This document shows positions 24,540 through 34,845 of a stretch of DNA of 52,798 bases, in pieces (positions within the stretch are counted from its first letter, which is position 1; the number at the start of each line of letters is the position of its first letter). Origin of the DNA: Halocafeteria seosinensis (taxonomy: Eukaryota); NCBI GenBank assembly GCA_001687465.1, contig LVLI01000604.1, forward strand, positions 1 to 52,798, read 5' to 3'. The notes below the pieces were generated by a model. The model was not told the DNA's origin, did not search any database, and worked only from the letters and a program-made list of their open reading frames with translations. A program made the translations under genes and the position numbers.

Positions 24540-25460
24540 CTGGTGCAGGGCTCTAGTGGCTGTGTCCGTTGTTCTACAACGTATCTAAGGCGGTGGTTGT
24601 ACTGATGTTGTAAAAGAGTACACCAGTATGGTATTTACCTGCATACATCCCGGTAAAAATATACGGTGAATTCCGCCTCCTACACTCTCCACGTCGGGTT
24701 AACCGTTCTAACTCCATACAACCATGACCGAACTTGAGCGGTGGTCGGAGATGCGCTGGTCCAACGGAGAAGCATTCTTCCCTCTGACGCCAGTGTTCGC
24801 CTTCCACGGCTGCAATGCACCGTTGATGGTGCTTAGTGTGACCTGTAAAACTGAGATAGTAGGCAACAATACCGTGTGCTGTCCGAAATAGAAGGCGACG
24901 CACACCACATTCTCTCCAGCTGCGGAGTTGCTCTTAAGCTGCCCGTGCTTCCCAGCCAACATCCCAAGGCAATAAAAGAGCCCATTATTTCCATTGAATC
25001 CACTCATGTCTCATTCGCGGGTTTTCATCGCGCTAAACTTCCTGCAAAGCCACCCCAAAGGCAGAAACCCAACTCCGCGCGGAGTTGTCACCGAAGGGAG
25101 TACATGAGTGCGGCGCGTGTACCGTACTCCCGTCAAATTCTGCCGCCCTCCCCCTCCCGGGGGGTCGGCCGGTAGGTCCTGGCCGAACTTCAACCGCTAC
25201 GGACTCATGAGGTTTTTAATGGATTCCAACTCTTCGGATTGATGAGATGACGCATACAAGGGTTGGTTTGTGGACTGTGTAGGCGCACAACCGTTTGAGG
25301 AGCGTGAGAATCGTTAGAACTCTCCGATTAAGCTCTTTAACAACTGCCATCCCTGTCGAAACCCTGCCTCTCTAAGCGCGTTTATTAGGCGATTGCAGGG
25401 ACTATAAGCTCCCGACAGTAGGGTTTTAAAGCTAGTTCCAGCTCATCTGGAAGTACGACG
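24540..25460 (+). other. Hairpin-dense non-coding segment downstream of the orphan ORF (candidate structured RNA/UTR)
   Basis: caactccgcgcggagttg perfect palindrome 25070-25087; gggagtac/gtactccc 25096-25131; tcggccgg/ctggccga 25165-25186; gtgtgc/gcacac 24874-24905; ccctgc/gcaggg 25362-25400; ttccag/ctggaa 25436-25452. Confidence 0.45.
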
Positions 25461-25706
25461 GATAATAAGGAGCTGTCGTACACGAGGAATTTCGGTACCT
25501 AATCGGGAGTACACCGGGCTTCTCTGTTCTCTAGATTCCGGGCTCCCCTGTGTCCCCCCTTTGAGAGTGCCCCTCGGTACAGGGTTCTCCGCCAATTCGT
25601 CCAGAGACACCGAGCCCGAAAGCCGGATCCTCGGTCGCACGTACCCAGCAGTGTACGGCAAAACTATCCCTATGGCCTGAAACGCTTATTTTCAAGGTGT
25701 AGAAGG

Positions 25707-28700
25707 ATGCAAAGCACTGGAAATCCGGGAGAAGCGCCGGGGCGGCCGCCGTCGTCGTCGCACAACACCTTTGACTCAAATGAGTCAACGCCTCCTCAGG
25801 TGCCAAATGAGAGTTCCTCGAGTCGTAGACCGTCGAATGGTGATATTTCCGATGTGGAAGCTGGTCGGCAGAGTGGCAGATCGAGTGGAAAGCCGACGTC
25901 GAATTCCGAAACCTCCGCGACAACTGATTCGGTCGAAGTAGTCTGCGGGAGTGGAGACGCGCAGCATGACTTCCCTTCAACAAACACAGCGAGGACGACC
26001 GCAACCGAGGGTAAGGGGCTTGGCGAGGATGAGAAAATCCATCCTTCGGAGAGTCCCCGGCTCGAAACAAAAGATGGAAGCGACACCACTGGCCCACTCA
26101 CTGAGAAGTCTCTTTCTTCGTCCGTGTTTTCCCGGTCATTCAACAGTTTTGCTTCTGCGTCTGACTTGCGCGAGAAGAACCGAGCCAAGGAAAAAGTAAG
26201 AACACATTCTGTGCTTTTGAACAAGGACGACAGCCGCCAAGTGGCCCAAGAGCCCAGTTCCTGCCAGGATACGACCAAGGCATTGGCTTGCAGCCCTATG
26301 GCAGCAGCTTTTGTGTTGGTGGTTATTATCGGTGTTGTTGTTACTGAAGTTGCGGTAACCCGAGTTCAAGAAGACTTCGAGGAACGGTTTGTCTCGCGGC
26401 TCGATCAGGAAGTAAGGGAAACTGGTAGAGTAGCGAGGCGGCAAATGCTGTTCTTGACCGAGTGTAAGTGTCACTTTCACTTCCATTGTATTTGATCGGA
26501 ACTATGGTCATATTCCGATGTCACCATGCTATTCCAGCCCATTCGCTTTTCGCAAAGACGTTTGAGGGTGAGATCGTCGAGCGTGCCTCCCGAGAGGATG
26601 CAGGGTTTTTCACCAGTGGTTTATGGCCAGGATTTAGCAGTGGTGCGTATCCCCCGGCATTTAGCGGTAGACTTCATCTCTTACTCTTCGTCGTTGAATT
26701 TTCCAGGTGGCAAGTACTTGCTAGAAATAATTCACGGTCACGTTAGCGGCGGTGTTATTTGGGTACCCCGGATCCTGCATGAGCAGAGAGACGAGTTCGA
26801 AACGGAATTGCAACACATGACAGGAAGCAACTGCAGTATTTGGGAGGCTAACCCTTCGGTCGAATATACTGCATCTTATGATTTTTCCACTCTCTCATTT
26901 AACCGGAGTTCCAATAAGAGCGTGTACTATCCGATTGCTGGAAAAGTATGGGACAGAGGCAACGACGAAATTGATGTGAGTCATCGAAATCCGTTATTCA
27001 ACACGATGGTGGACGGCCTTGACCTAAGTTCCTTGACCACTTCGGGAGAATTTAAGGAAACATTTGACAGTGCCAAAAACACAGGGCGTGCACAGTCGAG
27101 TGTACCAATTCGATTTGGTTCGACGGTAAGCTAGCATCGATTCTGATCCTCCGTGGCTACCCGTTACTATCCTTTTTTGTTATTAAATCGTTACGCTTCT
27201 TCAGACCTATGTTATCGTCAGCGTTCCTGTATTTAGTTGTCGGCGAACTTCTGAACTGTGGTCGGACGCTGCATGCGAAGAAGATTCTTTCCGTGGAATT
27301 GTGGGTTTGTTTCTGGACGGAGACGCGGTTGTGTCATCGGTATTCAATATCATGAAAACGGTCAGCTCAGTGGTATGTGAAAACGGAACACCGTGGTGGC
27401 GTTCTGACAAATGCTTCGACGAGTCTTTCCTCTTGAATGCTACAGGATGAAATAGCTATGTTTACCGAAGATATCACCAATGTTAACAATTTCAACGGAG
27501 TAGATCTTAAGTCCTTTGCCTCGCAAGAAGAATTGGTCCCAGTGAAATGGCATGGTGAAGAATGGGGTAGAGGACGATTCGTCAAAGGCTATGCAGATTC
27601 GCTCTGGTATCCAGTGGAAGACTCTGTCGAAACAGAGACACTGTTGTCTGCAAGCGGTGACGACGGCGGAAAGAAACAAGCTTTTGTTATCGACGATGCG
27701 GATATAGCCAGCGAAGCCAACCAACGCTTTTCCCTGGATGGCATTTCTTATGAGCATTCGTTCTTGCTGAATATTGGAGGCCGTGTCTACAATATTAAGC
27801 ACGTTCTACTTCCATCCTCTGTGGACAGTATCGAGGATTCTCTCGACAATCCAACTGTTGCGGCGAGAATAGCTGGCTATATCGGTACCGTTGCGGTAGC
27901 CGTCTTTGCTAGCCTCGGTTTGTTTCTGTACCAGCACAGACGGGACCGCATGCTCCAAGCTGCGCGGGAAAGTGTTGGCCAACTACAAGCTGCCCAGGAA
28001 GCCCACAAGCGCACAATTGGGTTCGCCCAACATGAGTTGCGGTACGTGCACTATTTCAAAATTTTCTCGTGGACCGCCTCTGCGTTTCACCCGTGAACTG
28101 TGTCGCAGGAACCCGCTTCATGTAATACTTTCCTCGGGAAAAGAGGTTCGCGATATTCTCGAAAATAATACATCCTGCAAATATGGAACGGAAAGCGATT
28201 TGTACAGAACTTTCCGAGAAGAGATCGATCGGGTTGTCGATCATTCGGAGATAATGGAACGTCTAGTAAACGATGTAAGCTGTGTCTGTTTCTCATCTGA
28301 AATCTATGCTCTCACTGTACCTAGCATGGCTTGAACTACAGATGAATGATCTGCATAAACTCGATGAAGGGCAGCTTGATCTGAACCCTGAACCTGTAAC
28401 TCTCACTCGTTTTGTTGAATCGATGGCTCACTGGCACCGCTCGTTTGCCGAAGTACCCTTGTACGGCGAAACTTCACCAGTTATTGGAGACAGAAGAATG
28501 TCAGTAGACCCGTTGCGATTGAGGCAGATCATAGCGAATGGTCTTACAAATTCGGGAAAGTACTGTAACTCCGGTTGTATACACTTGTACTGTGGTGGTG
28601 TTGTGGCAGATGACCTGGAGTCTGCGGTGAAGCAAATTCCGTCTCAGATAAAAATGGCGTGGGACGAAAAGGGATATATCCGTTTTCGGAACAAGGCGCC

Positions 28701-29733
28701 TGGCTTCGAAACGACCGCTTACAAGTGGATTGTATTCCGCGTTGCCGATACCGGAGAAGGACTGGGAGGGCTTACTGCCCGCGAACTTTTCGAACCGTTC
28801 ACGCAAGGTGTATATAAGCCGGTCAGGAAAAGGGCCCCACAACTCGGAACTGGCCAACCTGTCACGGAGGCGAATGATAGAAGAGAAGGAACCAACGTTG
28901 AAGCAGAAACAAAAGCGGAAACGGAGAAAAAATACAAGGAGGATGGCAATGCGTTATGCCGTGGCCAAAGTGATGCATCCTATCAAGGTCCTGATGAAAT
29001 GTCAAGAACTATACGTGGTACTGGTTTAGGGCTCCCACTGGCTAAGAGTCTAACCGAGGCTCTACAAGGCTCTATCGACCTTCGCGACGAGGAGATACCG
29101 TGCACTAAAGGGGGCAGGAAACACGTGACTGTTTTCGAGATGATCATTCCTTTCGTCGCATGCACCGAAACCCCTGTACAAGAGGAGAGTGTGGTAGAGA
29201 CAAACAGTGCATATCATTTGTTTGAGGATCGCGAGGCTTTCCGAGCTCTCCGCCATACACTGCAAAATCGGGCGCGGCCGGTTGTTTGTGTCGTTGATGA
29301 CGCCTCGACCAATATTTCTGTTGCGAAGCGATGCTTTAAACCGCTGGAAAACAAGGTAGTGGCACTTAACGATGGAGATGAAGTAATCCCTTACTTACAG
29401 TCTAGTGGGCAACTGAGTTCTGACAGTGGTGATCGTACCGATACCCTCAATGATCCCTTTTCATCAGCCGACGAACTGGACATCTTGTTCGTTGATATTT
29501 CCATGAGACGAATGGGGGGAGATAGTCTGTGCCATGAACTTAGAAACAAATGGGACTTTCGCCTTCCCATTATTGCTATGACTGGAAATACGTCTCCCGG
29601 CGAAGTCGAGCATTACCGGCAACTAGGCTTTTCCGGGGTGGTGGCTAAGCCGTTTGGTAAGAAGAACATCAAGGGTCTCATGGAGACACTCATCAACGCA
29701 TCCATGGCGGTTGATCAGCGGTATTCTTCCTGA
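25707..29733 (+). CDS. Hybrid histidine kinase: TM-CHASE-TM-HisKA-HATPase-receiver (multi-exon)
   Basis: CHASE-like motifs IWVPRILHEQRDEFE, YYPI, GLDLSS, AKNTGRAQSSVPI. Intron 28042-28108 removal gives the H-box HELRNPLH; intron 28275-28341 follows. N-box DPLRLRQIIANGLTNSGKY, G1 VADTGEG, F-box LFEPFTQ, G2 GTGLGL. Receiver VVDD..DISM..AMTG..KPF. Intron positions in 26464-27450 are approximate. Confidence 0.9.
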
Positions 29734-29998
29734 ATTGTCGTTACTTTTGCTTGTATGTGGTATGAGGGGCTCTCTAAAGATAGCTCATCAGAGGTCGGTT
29801 CTCCCCCCCCCCCATTCCCTTTGCATATTTTATTCCTGTTTGTTGAGAGTGAAGTGCACCTCTCGACGTTGCATGTAATCGGTTGAAGGACTTATTCATT
29901 CACCGATAACTCTCGGAGCTGAGAGATTGAAGCGTAAGAATGGACACAGTACGATTTCGTAGAAGTAGTGTATTCGTCGTTATTCCTGATATCGTACA

Positions 29999-32900
29999 TC
30001 ATATTACGGTAATGCCCGTGGAACGTAACGCCGATAATAAAGTTTCAGAGGTGAAAGGCTTGTGGACAACAGAGTCGACACCAGCTTTTCGGTATTTTCC
30101 CGCGTCTTGACTGCTTGCGTTCCCAGTAGTTGCGATAATTGGAATTTTGCACCCTTTTCTCCTGACATTCTTGCAGGCTATGTCACCATTCATTTCATGC
30201 ATCACAATGTCAAGAAGAATAGCGTCGAACGGCTCGATGGGTTCTTCCCCGTCGGCAGTTGTGGCGCTTGCATTAGTAGTTGAGTTGTCAGTACTGCTAA
30301 CGCTGTGTGAAGGGGCAATAATGCTTCCAAGCTCCTCCGTTTCTTTACCATTGGCTCGTTCGGCTTTGTTTTCCTTCTGTTCCGGCTTTAGTTGTCCTGA
30401 CCTTGCAAGAAGTGGGGCGACTTCCACGCCATCTTTGGCAAGAGTAACCTTATGTCCCAGTCGTACCAGCATTTTCTTAAGAATCAAACGATTGGTCTTT
30501 TCGTCATCGACGACAAGGAAATGACGCCGTTTGGAACGAGATTCTTCTTCCTGCTGCCTAGTGTTCGAGCTGGTGGTGGTCCGGTGCAAATCTCCATTCT
30601 CCGCTCCACGCTCTGATGGAGATGACCGCGGTTCTTCCGTACTTGCACGTCCTTTCGAGGGAAGGGAAGCTTGAAAATCATCAGATCTCGATACATTTCT
30701 CAGCTCAATATCAACGTCACCAAGTGAATGGCATCGGTTAAGGCGTCCCGTTGGTTCTCCTCTCTCTGGTTGAGCATCTGTGGTAGAGTGACGTCGAGAG
30801 CGAGAGTTGGAAGAAGTCCCGGATGTACCGTTAATTATTCCCATTAGCTGCCCCTCCCCCAACGCACGAGGTGAAGAACTTGGGTCCGGGGATGACACGA
30901 ATCTAGCTCCAGAGGAATTGTCGGTCCACAAGCAGGGAGTCATTCTAGCGTCTTCGTTTTGGGTAACTGTCCGATCCTGTTCATCGTCTGGAGGGGATGG
31001 CTTTAGTTTAACAGGTATTCTTGCCTCGAAGCCTGCAAGAGGCGAACGTGACGACAAACCATTAGAGATAAGTGCTTGGATAATGTCATCGCTCTCTGTC
31101 GCTGACACCCGTTCAAGCGGGAAGTCCTTCTTCGAGAGTTGCTCCGATTTCTTTACTGAATCGCAACCTGCCTCTAACTGATCTTGGACAAGAAGAGCAT
31201 AAGTGAGTACGTTCTCGTCGGGAATGAACATCTCGCAAGTTCCATTCTGATCCTCAATACTCTTCCTGAACGACTCTGCGGAGTATGTCATAGGCAAGTA
31301 CGCCACTAAACATTCTCCTGCAATATTGGGTAGCTCCGCATCTGCCCTAGAAGCCTGGTTGTTTATGCTTTTCTTATGCGCCCCCTTGCTAGATGTCTTA
31401 CTTCGACTTAGCGAGAAATTGCCTGCATACCCGTCGAATGTTACTCGAGCCTTCGGCTCCGCTTGCGGCTTCTGTTCATAGTGACGTTCCATTCGAACAG
31501 CAGAACGCCAGACAAGCACGTAGCCTCCAATCCCCTCTTCATCATGGGATCCATCGCATTTGGCTCCTCCCTTAGGATCATTGCGCTTAAACTTGGCGAG
31601 CTCTCCGAAAGATGACGCTTTGCTATGATCTGGCACAATATCACAGTAGATTTCAACGGTGGTTTGACGACTTGGAGGGTCATCATAGAAATGTTGCCCA
31701 TCAGGAACCACCGCCTGCTTCGATTCGCCGTGTCCCACTGTGGTTTGTTCTTGCGGCTTCCAAGAAACAGACAACGGTCCTGACCCTTCTACTGGGTTTG
31801 CTGTCGCGGTCGAGCTACCGCAGAAGCAAGATGTTTCCTCAATGGCTCGTGCCCTTCTATACCGTTTCAGAAAGTGGTGGTAACGTGTATCCATTCGTTC
31901 CTTCGCATGCTCGCACATTTTCACCACACGCTGCAGTATGTACAACTGCATTCCCCCGAGAGCCTGCATTAGCTCAGATTTCGACGCCACCAGAAGCACC
32001 GGATCTGTCGATTCATCCAATTTAGAACGATCAGCAAGATCCGCTCGCATCAAGGGGTTTATTTTCCCGATTTCGTCAACCGTTGGACAGGTGAGTCTCA
32101 TCGTTTTAGTAGGAACATTTGCGCAAGAAACGTTGAGGTTGTGACGAATATCTCTTACCAGCTCACTAAGACCAAAACTGTCTGTAGCAGTCCCCTTCCT
32201 CTGGGATTCGATACGGGAAAATACAGGAGCAGCATCACTGCTGTAGGCTGATTCAGACCGTTTGAACCCATCAGTTTGACTCTCACTTCCCATACTGTGA
32301 GTAGAGCGTGTGTCATCTTCAATAGGACCCAAATTACTAAGCATATTGTATCCTGTATCAAGAGCTGTTGAAATTTCATCCAAGGTTCCAGCAATTTGCT
32401 GAATGCACTGCTGTAGTAGGTCAACCTTTTCGCGGTAACTTGCTGAGAGATTATCATAGTCTTCACTATCTCGGATCATGTACACCGTGCCAGCAATGCT
32501 ATGGGCCGGATTTCTCAAACGGTGGTTGATAAAAGAAAGTGCACGCAGATGGGATTGTTGGGCTACAGCTGCCATCAATTTTCCCTCTTTTAACCGTTTT
32601 TCTTTTTCCTCGTCAGCTTTCCGCGCTTTGTGGCTCTTGTATACTAACCGACCGATCACGATGAACAGTGTTCCGACAAAGACAGAACCCAGACTGGCCA
32701 ATATAGCCGTTAGATTGGTATTACATTCCTCTCCAACGTAGCCAAAATTACAGCTGCATGAGCCGTCGGGTTTGCAGTCGCCCGTGCGGCCGCATTTATC
32801 GTCCACCCGACACTTCATTAAAGCCCACTCCGGTTTCGGAAGGATTATCCGGCCTGAAGCAGCATGGTTGGGAATGACTACTTGTCTCTCTCGTTGTTCA

Positions 32901-34321
32901 TCATGCTGAATAGTAAGTGAAGCATCGCTATCAACGTTCTGTCCCCCCTGGTACCTTACCCGCCCGAATGCCGTTTGAGCATCAATTTCATTGATAAACT
33001 CTCGTAATTCGTCTACATCAGTGGTATTCAACTCCTCAATTGCAATGACCGACAAATGAACAAGGGAAAAAGCTGCTGCGGCATGGTACGTAGGTTCTCT
33101 CTCGAATCGCTCTCGATATTGACTCAAAAACTGATCGGAGGTTGTGCCCGTGCGGGTAAGGCCGAGTGGAGGGAGTATCGAGCTTCTCACGTTGGCATCC
33201 CATGTCGATGCTCCCAAAATATACCTGCCGGGATAGCCCTGATTTTCTGCATCTGCTCCCATTAAAAGCTGGCGTCGAAACGACTTTTCATGGACGCACG
33301 TGGTGAACAGCAGAGCCGCAGTGTCTAGATTTTTTCTCCGGAAGAAGTCGAGCAGCTTGATGCAAGTTTCAACATAGACGCATCCAACAAGAACGTCGCC
33401 TGAATACCTACTTGTCATTGCAGACGCAAGCGTTTCCATATACATTGTAAAGTCTTCTTCCGTTGGATCCGCGGGGAGTCGAATATGAGTTTTCACCTCC
33501 ATACCGTACCAAGTTTCGCCTTTGTCGTACTGCTCTTTGATCGGGCTACAAGCCTGGCGGGGAAAGGGCTCATCTTGCTCTACTACGTATACAGTCTTAA
33601 AATTGTATGAGCTAAGAACTCGACCTGTTCGATCGAGGTAAAGCCGAGCATCGGGTAGGATCCCAAATATGTTTTGCCCTTGTTCAAACACTGTATTTGA
33701 GGCAGCACCAGCAGCGAGTAGCAATCTGTTGGCTTCGTCGCCCTTGTGTGCGACTGCCTGGGAGAATGTTGATGAGTACGGAGAAATCAAGACCGACGCG
33801 TTCATAGCAATACATCGGTCGATATTCTCGATCGCTTTGGCCTTATCGCTCTTGTCGTCGAAGAGTGTAATCTTCACCGACATCGGGTGTTCAGGACCGC
33901 CTCCCCACTCTGCACAAGTCCATCGAGCTATCAATTCGTAGCCTTCACGGAGGCTCTTGGAAGGATCTTCGAACGATCCAACGAAGGAAACCGAGCCGCA
34001 ATACCAGAGTTTGCGTGTAGAATCCTGCATATTGACTGGCTCGCAGCTCCATTCCCACTCCTGGGTGTCCTCATCCACGAGTTCCCATCCAGTGTCTTTG
34101 GGGCCTACGGAGCTTTCATGTTCCCTCAACGATTCCATGCGACTCTCCTCCAAAGGTTCTTCGACATGCATATCCCGTCTCTTGTGCTGGTTCGGCAGCA
34201 GCGGGGGATCCCGACGACGGCGAACAAAGCTTGCTTCCACGGAGGAAGAAGCCGGTATCAATACCAGCACACCCAGCACAAGCGCTTCCAGGCATGTGAG
34301 AGTCCTTGTGCGTCTCTGCAT
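29999..34321 (-). CDS. Atypical hybrid histidine-kinase-like receptor: signal peptide, type 1 periplasmic-binding (Venus flytrap) domain, EGF-like module, TM, HisKA, degenerate ATPase region, receiver
   Basis: PBP1 motifs EGYEL..GG..VKITLFDDKSD..VLISPYSS..AGAAS..FGILP..EPTYHAAAAF..TAFGRVRY. EGF CGRTGDCKPDGSCSCNFGYVGEEC. H-box NHRLRNPAH. Receiver LVVDDEKTNRLIL..LLDIVM..ATTG..KPF. Intronless; likely ATG 34321. Confidence 0.85.
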   Translation of the reverse strand: MQRRTRTLTCLEALVLGVLVLIPASSSVEASFVRRRRDPPLLPNQHKRRDMHVEEPLEESRMESLREHESSVGPKDTGWELVDEDTQEWEWSCEPVNMQDSTRKLWYCGSVSFVGSFEDPSKSLREGYELIARWTCAEWGGGPEHPMSVKITLFDDKSDKAKAIENIDRCIAMNASVLISPYSSTFSQAVAHKGDEANRLLLAAGAASNTVFEQGQNIFGILPDARLYLDRTGRVLSSYNFKTVYVVEQDEPFPRQACSPIKEQYDKGETWYGMEVKTHIRLPADPTEEDFTMYMETLASAMTSRYSGDVLVGCVYVETCIKLLDFFRRKNLDTAALLFTTCVHEKSFRRQLLMGADAENQGYPGRYILGASTWDANVRSSILPPLGLTRTGTTSDQFLSQYRERFEREPTYHAAAAFSLVHLSVIAIEELNTTDVDELREFINEIDAQTAFGRVRYQGGQNVDSDASLTIQHDEQRERQVVIPNHAASGRIILPKPEWALMKCRVDDKCGRTGDCKPDGSCSCNFGYVGEECNTNLTAILASLGSVFVGTLFIVIGRLVYKSHKARKADEEKEKRLKEGKLMAAVAQQSHLRALSFINHRLRNPAHSIAGTVYMIRDSEDYDNLSASYREKVDLLQQCIQQIAGTLDEISTALDTGYNMLSNLGPIEDDTRSTHSMGSESQTDGFKRSESAYSSDAAPVFSRIESQRKGTATDSFGLSELVRDIRHNLNVSCANVPTKTMRLTCPTVDEIGKINPLMRADLADRSKLDESTDPVLLVASKSELMQALGGMQLYILQRVVKMCEHAKERMDTRYHHFLKRYRRARAIEETSCFCGSSTATANPVEGSGPLSVSWKPQEQTTVGHGESKQAVVPDGQHFYDDPPSRQTTVEIYCDIVPDHSKASSFGELAKFKRNDPKGGAKCDGSHDEEGIGGYVLVWRSAVRMERHYEQKPQAEPKARVTFDGYAGNFSLSRSKTSSKGAHKKSINNQASRADAELPNIAGECLVAYLPMTYSAESFRKSIEDQNGTCEMFIPDENVLTYALLVQDQLEAGCDSVKKSEQLSKKDFPLERVSATESDDIIQALISNGLSSRSPLAGFEARIPVKLKPSPPDDEQDRTVTQNEDARMTPCLWTDNSSGARFVSSPDPSSSPRALGEGQLMGIINGTSGTSSNSRSRRHSTTDAQPERGEPTGRLNRCHSLGDVDIELRNVSRSDDFQASLPSKGRASTEEPRSSPSERGAENGDLHRTTTSSNTRQQEEESRSKRRHFLVVDDEKTNRLILKKMLVRLGHKVTLAKDGVEVAPLLARSGQLKPEQKENKAERANGKETEELGSIIAPSHSVSSTDNSTTNASATTADGEEPIEPFDAILLDIVMHEMNGDIACKNVRRKGCKIPIIATTGNASSQDAGKYRKAGVDSVVHKPFTSETLLSALRSTGITVI

Positions 34322-34845
34322 AACTTTTAGCTCTGTATTGATGACGAGAGGAATCGAAGAGAATAATAATGTTGTCCTGTAAACGTCAAAATAACGCAAT
34401 TCAATTCAATAGTCTCTCTCTCTCACACACACACTCTCCACAAGCGACAACACCAGTTCTGCGTATTCTCGATACCAACATAAATAACCTTAATTCTCTG
34501 TGTGGTTCTCTAAATAAGCAGAACAAATAAGAAATAACCCAGAAACTGAGCCGAAAAGACCCCTCTTTCTGCCCTTTCTAAGACCCTTTTACAAACCAAC
34601 AGTACACGGATTTTCTGTATCAAAGTCCTCCCCCCACATTCATACAATCACTCAGATATGATATACATGGTTTCTGCGTAAAATAGGAGCCAAGGGGCAA
34701 GGACGTGCGACCTCGTCACACCTCCGGCCCGGGAGAATGCCGAATCCTTCTTCAACTACAACCTACGGTATGTAGTATTGCACTCACTCACCCAGCACAC
34801 ACTAAGGGCAAGCAAGCACAAAGCGACGAACATACGCAAGTGGAG

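Noticed and set aside
25468..25523. Group II intron domain V-like gAGC stem
   Set aside because: Length and bulge do not fit DV; no domain VI or maturase seen.
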